This document shows positions 1 through 9,533 of a stretch of DNA of 64,000 bases, one piece after another. This DNA comes from an uncultured Methanosarcinales archaeon (GTDB lineage: Archaea > Nanobdellota > Nanobdellia > Woesearchaeales > DSVV01). The position numbers and the translations under genes were made by a program. The stretch is from the NCBI GenBank assembly GCA_964453185.1, contig CAYVNN010000002.1, forward strand, positions 274,308 to 338,307. The letters run 5' to 3'. Every line of letters starts with the position of its first letter. Within the stretch, counting starts at the first letter, position 1. The notes under the pieces are model-generated. The model saw nothing but the letters and a program-made list of their open reading frames with translations. It did no database searches and had not been told where the DNA came from.

Positions 1-1270
1 AATTCTTAGAGATAGATTACGAAATGCAGAATATGATGCAAGAACAATTTCTGCTCAATTTAGTGTTACAAATTTAGGTTATATGATTGATTCAGGAGAA
101 TTTAGCACACATCCTGAAAAACTTGTACAAACAGCATTAAAAAGACATTATAGAGATGAAAGGAAAAAAACTCAGGGGAGAGTTAACTTTGTTGTTCCAG
201 GAACACAATTCCTAAGAGATGAAGTTGGTGTTTCAGGAACTAATCTTTTTAGAGCTAAAGAAGTTTGGCCAGAAATTGGAGTATCAAAATATGATTTATT
301 AAGAGATATAAGATTACCATTATCTATTGGCCTAATGGAAGCAATTCTATTAGGTGTGGTTATAGGAGATGGAAATATTCTTGGTATGGAAAAAAGGAAA
401 AAGAGATATAGATTAGAGTTATGGGGTAGAAATGATGACTTTGAATTATATGATTTATTACTTGATCCTTTATTTTTAGACATATTTAATTGTGATTTAC
501 AAGAATTAGAATCAAGTGGTGGAAAAGATAAAAATGGAGTTACTTATACTTATAATATTCCTGGAAGGATTATCTCATCAAAAGCTATCATGACTTGGTT
601 AACAGAACATCTTGATTTAAGTATAGATAGATCTCATAAACAATTACCTTCTCTTTTAACATATGATCCAAAAGCAACAAAGATTCATAAAAAAGGATTG
701 TTTATGGGATTAGTTGCTTCAGAAGCTAGAATATATTCTTTTGAAGAAGAAGGTAGGATAAGATGGAAAATGCAAATTCATTCATCTGATAGAAGATACT
801 TAACTCAAATTAGTCAATTAGCAAATACTCTTAGATATGACTCTAGAATAAATGGAAGGTCATCTAAAGGAGATAGAACATCATATTATTTAAGTTTCTC
901 TCCAGCAGATATTGTGGATATGTTATTTAATGGATTGTTTATTAATCCAAGACATGTTTTAGAAACAATTCCTCTAATGTTAGCTAATTGTCAACCAACT
1001 CATGTTTTTGATAGATTAGATCCTGCTCATAGAGATTTTTATGATAGACTTGTTGTACTTTATAATTGTGGTGTGCATACTGATGAAATCCATTCTCATC
1101 TAGATGTAAATCTATTCCATGATTCCTTAGGTACAGATGCTCTTGGTTCTGTTCTTCATGCAGGTAATCTGGGGTATAGGGTTGTTCATTCTCAAGGTGT
1201 ATTGACTATGCCATTAGAACCAGTATGTCGAGCCTATGATGAACTACTATTACAGCAAGAATCAGCTTAA
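1..1270 (+). CDS. LAGLIDADG-type homing-endonuclease-like protein, 5' end truncated by window edge
   Basis: The reading frame is open from window position 2 into the annotated ORF, so the gene continues upstream. Two LAGLIDADG-like motifs are present: LLGVVIGDGNI and KGLFMGLVASEA. No HN-(C/S/T) intein C-terminal junction was seen. Confidence 0.4.
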   Translation, partial: ILRDRLRNAEYDARTISAQFSVTNLGYMIDSGEFSTHPEKLVQTALKRHYRDERKKTQGRVNFVVPGTQFLRDEVGVSGTNLFRAKEVWPEIGVSKYDLLRDIRLPLSIGLMEAILLGVVIGDGNILGMEKRKKRYRLELWGRNDDFELYDLLLDPLFLDIFNCDLQELESSGGKDKNGVTYTYNIPGRIISSKAIMTWLTEHLDLSIDRSHKQLPSLLTYDPKATKIHKKGLFMGLVASEARIYSFEEEGRIRWKMQIHSSDRRYLTQISQLANTLRYDSRINGRSSKGDRTSYYLSFSPADIVDMLFNGLFINPRHVLETIPLMLANCQPTHVFDRLDPAHRDFYDRLVVLYNCGVHTDEIHSHLDVNLFHDSLGTDALGSVLHAGNLGYRVVHSQGVLTMPLEPVCRAYDELLLQQESA

Positions 1271-2455
1271 TCCATAATAATCTTCCAAAACTATTTTATC
1301 TATTTCTTCAACATCTTGAACAATGTACAACTTACCTTTACTTATACTCACAATCTTCTCAGCTAACTCTGTACCTTTATCATCCAAACTAATTCCAATT
1401 AAAGAAATAGTTATATCATTGTTAGCTGCTTCTTCTACAGCATTCAATGTCTCCTTTTCAGGGTCTTCACCTACAGTAGGTAATGCATCTGTTAATAATA
1501 TCAAATGTTTAGTATTTTGTAGAGAAGAAAATAATTCAACTGACTTTTTAACTGCACAAGTTATACTTGTTTCTTGCATTGCTTTTATTTGGGATATTTC
1601 TTTTAAAAACATTCCAAAGTCATCACAAGGTGCAACTGATTTAGAAACTTCTTTACCAAATATTATCAACCCAACATCATCCTTTTCTTCTATTGCTTTA
1701 AATGCCAATGCTATTCCTGCTTTTTTACATGTATCTATTTTTTTACCTTTCATACTACCTGAAGAATCTAATGCATATATTATTTCACATTTACCTTTTG
1801 CTTCTCTTGTATTAACTCTAAGATCTTCTTTTCTTAACTTATCATGACCTCTTCGAACTGCTAATTTAACAGATCTTCTTGTAGAAATATCTCTGTATCT
1901 ATCTCCTTTTCTATAATTTCGGTAATCAACCTTATCTCCATAATAACTTTCTTTCTTATGAAACTTTTCTCCAAGAAAACCATGTGCTTGTAATCTATCT
2001 ATCTCTTCAACATACATGACCAATGATGCCAATTCTATTCCCTTTTCAGTTATTGTATTACTTTTATCAATAAAATTCTTCTTCTTTAAATCTTTAATTT
2101 TTTCATTTATCTTTTTCTTCATCTCTCTTTGAAACTCAGGAATTTGTATATTCTTCTCAATATATTTTTCATCATAACCTGATAAGTGTTTTAATATTGA
2201 ATCACCATAAATATTCTTTGCTAAACTATAATCTTTAACAAACTGTTCAAACATAAGGTCAGGAGAAAATGCACCCATTGATTGGTTTAATGAATCTTTA
2301 ATTAACTTAGCATCATCTATTGTTTCTTTATCATTCTCCATTACAGAATTCATTAACTTATTTTTTTCATTTGTTGGTTTTAGTTTTCCATCTAATTCAT
2401 CAATCGCAGAGAGTTTTTTAGCCTTAGGCTTCTTCTTGGCTAACTTAGGGGTCAC
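1262..2455 (-). CDS. von Willebrand factor A (vWA) domain protein, partner of MoxR ATPase
   Basis: A MIDAS-type motif, IYALDSSGSM (DxSxS), is present. The K-rich N-terminus is followed by a vWA fold signature. The gene overlaps the upstream MoxR gene end by 11 nt. Confidence 0.65.
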   Translation of the reverse strand: MTPKLAKKKPKAKKLSAIDELDGKLKPTNEKNKLMNSVMENDKETIDDAKLIKDSLNQSMGAFSPDLMFEQFVKDYSLAKNIYGDSILKHLSGYDEKYIEKNIQIPEFQREMKKKINEKIKDLKKKNFIDKSNTITEKGIELASLVMYVEEIDRLQAHGFLGEKFHKKESYYGDKVDYRNYRKGDRYRDISTRRSVKLAVRRGHDKLRKEDLRVNTREAKGKCEIIYALDSSGSMKGKKIDTCKKAGIALAFKAIEEKDDVGLIIFGKEVSKSVAPCDDFGMFLKEISQIKAMQETSITCAVKKSVELFSSLQNTKHLILLTDALPTVGEDPEKETLNAVEEAANNDITISLIGISLDDKGTELAEKIVSISKGKLYIVQDVEEIDKIVLEDYYGLS

Positions 2456-3407
2456 CTTCTTTCTCGGAAGAAGGTGTGTTTAATGAAGAATATTTTTTAT
2501 TTTGTAAAAATTTGTCTAATTCTTCTCTAAGAAATTCTTTTGCATTTTTAAGATACTTAATGCTTGGCTTTAACTTAACTCTATGCGCAATTACTGATTC
2601 AATTATCTCTTCAATATCTTTGTACCCAACTTTATCCTTATTTTTTAACAATGCAATACTTTGACTTCTTTCATATAATCCTAATGTTGCCCTTACACTT
2701 GGTGTTTTTTCTAAATTTTTATTATCTCTTATGTTTCTAACAAAATCTACACAAAAGTTTAACAAATTATCTGGAAATTCAACATCTAAATTTTTCCCAT
2801 TTATTAATACAATCTCTTTTTCAATCTCAAATGTTTCTGGATAATCCATATATACAACATCTAATCTATCAAGTAAAACATCTGAAACCTTTTCAGTACT
2901 TGAATCTTGTGGATTCATTGTTGCAATAAAGATAAAGTTAACATCAAAATCAATATCATAACTTCCAATTGTTACAATTTTTTCTTGTAAAACTTGTAAT
3001 AAAGCATTTTGCAACTTTTCTGGACATCTATTTAACTCATCAAAAAACAAAACACCATTATCTGCTTTGAATAATTTACCTTTTGTGAATGCTTCAACAC
3101 TTAGTGGCCCATATTTTAAAGCTTTGATTGGATCAATATCTCCCAACAAATCTTCAGCAGTTAAATCAGGACTTCCTTGAATTCTAACAAAATTTAACTT
3201 TTCCTTTTTACCTTCTTTAATCTTTGGCATTAATGCTGCTACATTCTTTGCTATTGTTGTCTTTCCTACACCTGGTTTTCCAATTATAACAACATTCCTA
3301 TCTGCTAATATTGCAGACTTTATCTGTTGTTTTGCTTTGTACTGTCCTATGATGTCTTTAAGAACATCTTTCTTTAGTATTGTTTGTTTTAGTTTTGCGA
3401 TTGACAT
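2445..3407 (-). CDS. MoxR-family AAA+ ATPase
   Basis: Walker A GKPGVGKT, Walker B/sensor FFDELNRCPEKLQNALLQVLQE, and a FVRIQGSPDLTAEDLLG motif typical of MoxR/AAA_3. Confidence 0.8.
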   Translation of the reverse strand: MSIAKLKQTILKKDVLKDIIGQYKAKQQIKSAILADRNVVIIGKPGVGKTTIAKNVAALMPKIKEGKKEKLNFVRIQGSPDLTAEDLLGDIDPIKALKYGPLSVEAFTKGKLFKADNGVLFFDELNRCPEKLQNALLQVLQEKIVTIGSYDIDFDVNFIFIATMNPQDSSTEKVSDVLLDRLDVVYMDYPETFEIEKEIVLINGKNLDVEFPDNLLNFCVDFVRNIRDNKNLEKTPSVRATLGLYERSQSIALLKNKDKVGYKDIEEIIESVIAHRVKLKPSIKYLKNAKEFLREELDKFLQNKKYSSLNTPSSEKEGDP

Positions 3408-3440
3408 AAGGCCTGTAGAAGTAATATTTCTTTATAAAAG

Positions 3441-3866
3441 TTATTGTTCTAATAGTTCTTTTAGCTTATTATCTTTAATACTATTTTTTAACTGAAATAT
3501 CTTATTGATCATTTCTTTTCCTTGTTCATAATCAACTTTCTTACCATAATAATTAATACTAATCCTTGCATACCTAAATCTATCAAAACTATGGTAATCA
3601 AAGGCAGGGACTAATTCTCTTAGTAATTCACCCATACAAACATGGTTTGTAACATTATATCCTAGTATAAGACATAATGCTTCAAGTGTTTCTCTTAGAG
3701 CATCATAAGCCATTGGAAGAAATGCATTAACATTATTTTTATCAATATTTGCTGATCTAACTGCTTCTTCTTTTATGTCTGCAATTTCAATTAATGAAAT
3801 AGCTTTTGATTTATTTGGTATTGTAATTTTAATAAAACCTTTACTTTTACATTCGTTTATGTCCAT
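3441..3866 (-). CDS. HEPN-like domain protein, putative toxin partner of the MNT
   Basis: A 141-aa protein directly downstream of a minimal nucleotidyltransferase, overlapping it by 10 nt. This is the classic MNT-HEPN operon arrangement. The Rx4-6H motif is not clearly conserved, so confidence is low to moderate. Confidence 0.4.
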   Translation of the reverse strand: MDINECKSKGFIKITIPNKSKAISLIEIADIKEEAVRSANIDKNNVNAFLPMAYDALRETLEALCLILGYNVTNHVCMGELLRELVPAFDYHSFDRFRYARISINYYGKKVDYEQGKEMINKIFQLKNSIKDNKLKELLEQ

Positions 3867-4381
3867 TGTATTTGACCTTGTAATAATATTCCATTTAATA
3901 CATTATTGGTTAAATGTTTATTCTTTAAATCTTTTAATTCTTTCACAACAAATAATTGTAATGATTTATTAATTTTTTTTTCAAAATCTTTCTTTTCTGG
4001 GAAATCTTTTGTATTTTCGCTTATAATGACTAAATCAATATCACTTGTTTCAGTGTCGAGTCCATATGATGCAGAGCCAAATAGTATAATTGTTGGCTTT
4101 AGATAAAATATATTTAATGATTCAATTAATCCTGAATCTCTTATCTTTTTTATGCTATAGTATTTTTTAAGATCTTTATAATTATCAGATTCTAGATTTG
4201 CTTTGTATAAATCTAGTATTCTTTCTTTTCTATATTTTATTAAATCCTTTTTATTAAGTTCTTTTAATTTTTTACTTATTGTTGCAGGAGTCTTTTCAGT
4301 TATTCTAGCTACTTCTCTTACATTAAATTCTCTGTTTGGTTCTTCAAAGAATATTTTCATTATGTTTAATATTTTGAACAT
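3857..4381 (-). CDS. Minimal nucleotidyltransferase (MNT) with N-terminal wHTH
   Basis: The motif GSASYGLDTETSDIDLVI matches the G[SG]x9-13Dx[DE] nucleotidyltransferase signature. The N-terminal region, REVARITEKTPATISKKLKEL, looks HTH-like. Confidence 0.65.
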   Translation of the reverse strand: MFKILNIMKIFFEEPNREFNVREVARITEKTPATISKKLKELNKKDLIKYRKERILDLYKANLESDNYKDLKKYYSIKKIRDSGLIESLNIFYLKPTIILFGSASYGLDTETSDIDLVIISENTKDFPEKKDFEKKINKSLQLFVVKELKDLKNKHLTNNVLNGILLQGQIQWT

Positions 4382-4571
4382 ATGTTTAATAAAATAAACA
4401 TTTGTTTAAATAATTTTCTGTTTTTACTATGACTTTTTTGTCACATTAACATATCATTAACCTTAAGCATATTTAAATAAACTCCTTACTTCATAGTAAT
4501 CAATATAACAAAAATAACACACTAAACAAAATGAATATACGAAAAATTTATAATCAAGGATGTGAGTAAGA

Positions 4572-5315
4572 ATGACATTAAAATACAAAGGTGGTAATAT
4601 GGCAGATAGTCCAACATTAGATAGTATGGTTGGTGAACTTCAAGGTGGACCAGCAGGTGAAGCTCTTCAACAATATCATGATTTTATGAGTGAAGATAGA
4701 TTAAGAGCATTATCAAAAAATTGTTTTATTCCAGGTGCAGATGAATTTTATAAAACATTTGTAGCACAATTAAAAGAACAAAGTGTTGATGATGAAAAGC
4801 ATACTGTTAAAGATAAAGAAGCAGAAGTAAAAACCGCTTTAACACATGCATTAAAGTCATATTTTGGAAAGGTTAGTCCAGCTTTTCTTGAACATTTAGA
4901 AAATATTGATGAATCTGAACATTATGATGCTCTTGTTAAACACTTTGAAGATACCCATTTTGATAGAGATACTAGGAGAGGGATAAATCTGGATGCATTA
5001 ATCCTTAAACAAAATCAAAAGGCTAAGGTTGGCGAAGTAATAGAATATATGGGTAAGATGAAAGGTGATTTTGGTAAGTATGGTATGGATCATTTAAGTC
5101 AAAAAGTACACTCAAAATTTCTTGGTGCTTATAGATCACAAGATATTGCTGCAGCTTTACATGAGAAAGCTGAGGGCCAAGGTATGACATTAGAAGATCC
5201 AAGTCAATTATATACTAAAGATACAAATGATTTAATGGGTTTATCAACTTATCTTCATACAGGTAAAGGACGAATGGATCATGAACATTATGGATTAGCA
5301 CAACCTGGAAAATAA
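4572..5315 (+). CDS. Hypothetical protein with GC-richer, K-poor composition
   Basis: A long ORF (247 aa) with no recognisable motif. Its composition differs from neighbouring housekeeping genes. The true start may be at M10 (MADSPTLD). Confidence 0.4.
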   Translation: MTLKYKGGNMADSPTLDSMVGELQGGPAGEALQQYHDFMSEDRLRALSKNCFIPGADEFYKTFVAQLKEQSVDDEKHTVKDKEAEVKTALTHALKSYFGKVSPAFLEHLENIDESEHYDALVKHFEDTHFDRDTRRGINLDALILKQNQKAKVGEVIEYMGKMKGDFGKYGMDHLSQKVHSKFLGAYRSQDIAAALHEKAEGQGMTLEDPSQLYTKDTNDLMGLSTYLHTGKGRMDHEHYGLAQPGK

Positions 5316-5366
5316 CCCTAAACCTTTATATATTATCTTTCTTTTCTTTTATAATGTTGGGGTATT

Positions 5367-5945
5367 ATGAATAAAAAAAGATTAATCTCTTTAGTTTCAG
5401 TTAATATTTTATTTACAATAATAGTTATTATTCTAGTTATTATTCTATTAAAACTTAATTCTTCAGTTGAAATTCTAAAGGACAACAAAACAATAGAAAA
5501 TACAACAAATGATATAATAATAGAACAGAACATAGTGATTGAAGAACCCGAAGAAATAATTGAAGAACCAGAAGAACAAACATTAGAAATAACAGAAACA
5601 AACTTAACAGAAGAAAGTTGTGATGCTTGGATTGAAACATTAGATGAAAACAGAATAGATGCTGAACAAGATTACAATGATATTGAATATATGTACTATG
5701 AACAACAAGAAGAATTAAATGAAGCAGAAGAATATGTTCTTGAAATAGAAGCACAGATTGCAAATACAACAGATACAGAATTATTATCAATTCTTTATGA
5801 TGAATATAATGATGCAAAGGATGACTTAGACAGAGAAGAAGATCGTTTTAGAGAAGACAAATATGCACTTAAAATAGCAGACAGAGCAGTAACAGATACA
5901 TTAGATGCTTTAAGGGAAGCATATGATATATGTAGAGATATATAA
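5367..5945 (+). CDS. Membrane-anchored acidic coiled-coil protein (hypothetical)
   Basis: N-terminal TM helix LISLVSVNILFTIIVIILVIILL, followed by an E/D-rich low-complexity region that is probably coiled-coil. Confidence 0.4.
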   Translation: MNKKRLISLVSVNILFTIIVIILVIILLKLNSSVEILKDNKTIENTTNDIIIEQNIVIEEPEEIIEEPEEQTLEITETNLTEESCDAWIETLDENRIDAEQDYNDIEYMYYEQQEELNEAEEYVLEIEAQIANTTDTELLSILYDEYNDAKDDLDREEDRFREDKYALKIADRAVTDTLDALREAYDICRDI

Positions 5946-6126
5946 CATTATTGAAGCCTTTGCCCTTAAGGGCCAGTGAGCCCATTAATTTCTGCTTGCA
6001 CAACGAGGTTTAGCACAATTTTGAAATTGTATTGACATTGTGCGTAGCGAACGAAAAGGTTTCAATAAATGTACCATTACATTTTAACAAAAAACTAAGA
6101 ATTAATGAATTTTGTAAGGGTATAAA

Positions 6127-6696
6127 CTAACGTTCAACAACTTCTCCTTCTTTATCCAATCTAATTATCTTTGAGGGACTACCTTTTTTCTCTCCTTCAT
6201 ATATAATAAACTTAACTCTTGACTTAATCATTGAATCTAGATCTTCAATATTTGTCATAAAATTCATACCATGCATATTTGCACTTGTTGTTATAATTGG
6301 TTTTTCTAACTTTCTAACTATGTCAGTGAACCAATGATCTGGAAATCTTATTCCAATTGTTTCCATTCCATTATTAACTTCAGATGCAATTGCATCTTTA
6401 TTTTTTAATTTTAGAACTAATGTATAAGGTCCTGGTAATTTTTCTACCCATTCTCTTGCATTGTCGTCGACAAAACAATTCTCTAATATCCATTTTTTTG
6501 AAGGTGGTATTATTGAGAAAGGTGTATCTGTTCTTCCTTTTACATCTCTAAGTTTTTTAACTGCCTCTTTATCCTGCGCATTACATCCAATACCATATAT
6601 TGTATCTGTTGGGTAAATAAACAATGCTCCTTTCTCAATATCAAGAAGATAATCATGTAAATATACATTAAACTCATGTTTAGATATTGTTCTCAT
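6127..6696 (-). CDS. tsaC: L-threonylcarbamoyladenylate synthase, YrdC/TsaC/Sua5 family
   Basis: The YrdC motif IYPTDTIYGIGCNA is present, and the length (189 aa) fits a YrdC-only protein. Confidence 0.8.
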   Translation of the reverse strand: MRTISKHEFNVYLHDYLLDIEKGALFIYPTDTIYGIGCNAQDKEAVKKLRDVKGRTDTPFSIIPPSKKWILENCFVDDNAREWVEKLPGPYTLVLKLKNKDAIASEVNNGMETIGIRFPDHWFTDIVRKLEKPIITTSANMHGMNFMTNIEDLDSMIKSRVKFIIYEGEKKGSPSKIIRLDKEGEVVER

Positions 6697-6731
6697 GTAA
6701 AATACAAATTATTGATTACTTAAAAAGTTTT

Positions 6732-7802
6732 TCAAAACTCTGTCAACTTTTTTACACTCTGGAATGTAATTATACTTGTACTTCCTTCTGTTCCACCAGA
6801 TATTTTCTTTATAGAAACAAACTTACCTACTTTTAACTTATTTATCTTTCTATAGAATGTTTTATATGAACTCTTACCACCACTTTCTTGATATATTTTA
6901 AATAAATCCCCAATTTTCTTACCTGAATTTAATTTTATTATTTTCAAAATAAAATCTGTTTCCTGTTCTAATTCTAAATTTGCTTTTGTTGATAATTCAT
7001 CCAATTTACTAATTGCTTTATTGACATGATCAATTCTAATTGTTCTTGAGCTTTCATTTTCTGCAACAAAACCTGCTTCTTTCATTAAATGTAATCCCGA
7101 TCTAATATCTTGTAAATCAAATGTTCGTGCAGCAATTATATCAAATGATTCTTTTAACAAAACATTTGAATTAAATGCATAATCTCTTCTTTGTGCAAGG
7201 ATATCTTTTGTTTCATTTGCATTGTATTCTTTAAAATGTAATAATTCAGGTGATAATCTTGATTTAATTCTATGATCAAGATTAATTAACCACTCTCTAT
7301 AATTAGAAATTAAAACAATTGTTTTTCTATAAATATCTTCTAATAATGTATATAAAAAATCAAAATCTTCAACCTTATCTATTTCATCAAATGCAAAAAC
7401 AACATTTGTTTTATTTAATCTACTAATAACTTCTTTAAACAATTCTTGTGTTTTCTTATTCTGTATAAATTTATATCCTAATAAATCACACATTTCAACT
7501 GCAATCTTATATGTGGTGTTATGTTTCCAGCAATTGATATAGATCGGAGTTACTTCTTCATAATTTTCTTCAATTTCCTTAAATACATGCTTAATTGCTA
7601 GTGTCTTTCCAATACCTGGTTTGCCGTGTACTAATACATTCTTTCCAGTTCTACCTGTGAATAATGGTTTTATGCAGTTAGCTATGTAAAACTGCTCCTT
7701 TTCTCTATGCAGCAATAATTTCGGCTGAAAACTAAAATCTAAAGCTATTTCGTTCTTGAATATCGATTCCCCCTCTTTAAGCATTCCTTCAAATAAGCCC
7801 AT
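6732..7802 (-). CDS. cdc6: Orc1/Cdc6 replication initiator
   Basis: Walker A HGKPGIGKT and Walker B VFAFDEID, followed by a C-terminal winged-helix region. Typical archaeal Orc1/Cdc6 length and architecture. Confidence 0.85.
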   Translation of the reverse strand: MGLFEGMLKEGESIFKNEIALDFSFQPKLLLHREKEQFYIANCIKPLFTGRTGKNVLVHGKPGIGKTLAIKHVFKEIEENYEEVTPIYINCWKHNTTYKIAVEMCDLLGYKFIQNKKTQELFKEVISRLNKTNVVFAFDEIDKVEDFDFLYTLLEDIYRKTIVLISNYREWLINLDHRIKSRLSPELLHFKEYNANETKDILAQRRDYAFNSNVLLKESFDIIAARTFDLQDIRSGLHLMKEAGFVAENESSRTIRIDHVNKAISKLDELSTKANLELEQETDFILKIIKLNSGKKIGDLFKIYQESGGKSSYKTFYRKINKLKVGKFVSIKKISGGTEGSTSIITFQSVKKLTEF

Positions 7803-7842
7803 TTTATAATTGAGAAGTATATGATGTTTATATTGATTGTGC

Positions 7843-8697
7843 TTATTTTAATCTCTTTCTTTTCATAGATTCAATTTCATCATTATAATTATCAGAACTA
7901 ACTACTTTTTCGTTTGTTTCTATTTCTAATTGTTTTCTAGCAATACCTGCAACAGCCCCACCTCTTTTTGCTGTATCTTTATTTTCATTGAAACCTTGTG
8001 CATTCTTCTTTTTTGCAATCTTTGTAGTTGAAGCTTCTCCCAACATGGTAAATATTAATTCTAAATCATTCATATGATCTCTTAAATTTTCTCTTTTCAA
8101 TCCTTTATGTTTCTTGTATTCAGCAGGTGTTAAACCGAATGTTGCTTTGCTGATTTCTGCTGTTAATATTGAATATTCTTTCCCTTTTTTAACTCCTCTT
8201 TTATCCCATTCATCAGTTAATTCATCTCTTACTGCTATTCCTCTAACTCTTTTCTCAATCCAATCATCAGAATAACCTTTTGCTTTGTATAATTCTCTCA
8301 TTCGTTTTTGAGTAAGTTCAGGTTTTTCAATTTCTTGTACTCTTTCATAACCTACTTTAGCTAACCATTTTTTGAAAGGTTCTGCTTTTGGAGAAGGAAT
8401 TGATTGGATTATTCTAAAAATGCCTTCAGTATTAGCACAGTCAGTAACTCGCATTTTACCATCATCTGCGAGTAATTTCAACTGGTGACAAAATGTCACC
8501 ACTTCACTTCCTTCTTCTCTAAGTCTTTGACTAAGCTTATTCCAATATTTCCTTGATCTTTGATATTCTTGCTGATCTACTAAAATAGCAACAACATCAA
8601 TTACAGAAAAATACCATTCTTCATTATACCATTGTCTCCGAATCTTTTTGTCTTGAAATACAATTAGTGATTTATCTGATTCTTTAATGACTAACAC
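7843..8697 (-). CDS. Bro-N domain / DNA-damage-inducible protein D (DinD)-like protein, paralog 1
   Basis: An N-terminal Bro-N-like segment (IRRQWYNEEWYFSVIDVVAIL) is present. The C-terminal HKGLKRENLRDHMNDLEL...KKKNAQGF region resembles E. coli DinD (RKGLKKNQKILDHMGSTEL...). About 60% identical to the ORF at 40841..41680. Confidence 0.65.
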   Translation of the reverse strand: MLVIKESDKSLIVFQDKKIRRQWYNEEWYFSVIDVVAILVDQQEYQRSRKYWNKLSQRLREEGSEVVTFCHQLKLLADDGKMRVTDCANTEGIFRIIQSIPSPKAEPFKKWLAKVGYERVQEIEKPELTQKRMRELYKAKGYSDDWIEKRVRGIAVRDELTDEWDKRGVKKGKEYSILTAEISKATFGLTPAEYKKHKGLKRENLRDHMNDLELIFTMLGEASTTKIAKKKNAQGFNENKDTAKRGGAVAGIARKQLEIETNEKVVSSDNYNDEIESMKRKRLK

Positions 8698-8777
8698 CCC
8701 AAAAAGTTTAAAATCTTAGATATATATAAAATTTCCCAAGCATTTTCCGAATACAACAATAAAACTTCCGGATTTAT

Positions 8778-9146
8778 TTATCTAACTCTAAAACCACAAT
8801 GATTACAGAAATTACTACCTAATGCAATATGTTTTCTACAATTAGGACACACATGGAACTTAGGTTGTTGTTTGTAATAATTTTGTGTTTGTTGTGGATT
8901 TCTTCGCATTGCTTTTTGTTTCTGCATCATTACATCTCTTTGTCTTGCTTTTTCTTCTAACTTTTTTCTATGTTCATCATAGCTACTATGTTTTGGTGTT
9001 CTTAATCTAGTAAGCAAGAATTTAAATAATCCATATGCAAACATAATTATACCAATTATAACAAAAGCCCACATGTCTGTAAAGTATGAAGAAACAGTAA
9101 CAACAAGTCCAACTCCAACAAAGACTCCCCAATTAATGTTTGCCAT
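8778..9146 (-). CDS. Small membrane protein with C-terminal zinc-ribbon
   Basis: Two TM helices at the N-terminus, then CPNC...CNHC. Confidence 0.4.
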   Translation of the reverse strand: MANINWGVFVGVGLVVTVSSYFTDMWAFVIIGIIMFAYGLFKFLLTRLRTPKHSSYDEHRKKLEEKARQRDVMMQKQKAMRRNPQQTQNYYKQQPKFHVCPNCRKHIALGSNFCNHCGFRVR

Positions 9147-9191
9147 AATAGAATTTTTAGCATTAATCTATATAAATTTTACTAAACTTGT

Positions 9192-9533
9192 TTAAAATAT
9201 CATTGCTGACAAATAATTTTTATAGAATATCCATAAAAAAACTAATAAAATAATCCCATGCATAATAACTGTTAGAATTGATAATAATAATAGAAATCTA
9301 TACTTATTTTTTGATCTAATATTTCTTTCTAATAATTTAGATAAATCATCTACTAACCAAACAATAATAGTATATAAAACACAGAAAAAAGAAATTACTT
9401 GGATTTTTGTTTGATCACCAACTAATGTGATAAATAATGAGGCAATTAGTACCAATGATGATAATGCAAATAATGGTTTATAATATGCATTCAATCTTAG
9501 ATTTTTTAAAAATACATTAAATTGTTCAATCAT
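9192..9533 (-). CDS. Small polytopic membrane protein (hypothetical)
   Basis: Three predicted hydrophobic helices. It overlaps the serS stop by 4 nt, which suggests co-transcription. Confidence 0.3.
   Translation of the reverse strand: MIEQFNVFLKNLRLNAYYKPLFALSSLVLIASLFITLVGDQTKIQVISFFCVLYTIIVWLVDDLSKLLERNIRSKNKYRFLLLLSILTVIMHGIILLVFLWIFYKNYLSAMIF

Noticed and set aside
172-483. Many small ORFs (60-190 aa) antisense to or nested in large genes, for example 172..483, 1323..1847, 5455..5817, 10841..11218, 26434..27000, 39057..39680, 50702..51115 and 61481..61975.
   Set aside because: Each lies fully inside a well-supported gene on the opposite strand or in another frame. They have low-complexity, Leu/Phe/Ser-rich composition typical of AT-rich antisense frames, and no motifs.
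1-1270. Intein interpretation of the LAGLIDADG ORF
   Set aside because: No block A (C/S-L-x-x-D) at a plausible N-terminal junction, and no terminal HN followed by C/S/T. VVHSQ is the closest match and lacks the Asn. The evidence is insufficient.
5946-7842. Replication origin (ORB repeats/DUE) adjacent to orc1/cdc6
   Set aside because: The intergenic gaps flanking cdc6 are only about 35-40 bp. The nearest longer spacer (5946-6126) has a single weak ORB-like segment (gcgaacgaaaagg) but no repeated ORB elements, so an origin cannot be supported from this window.
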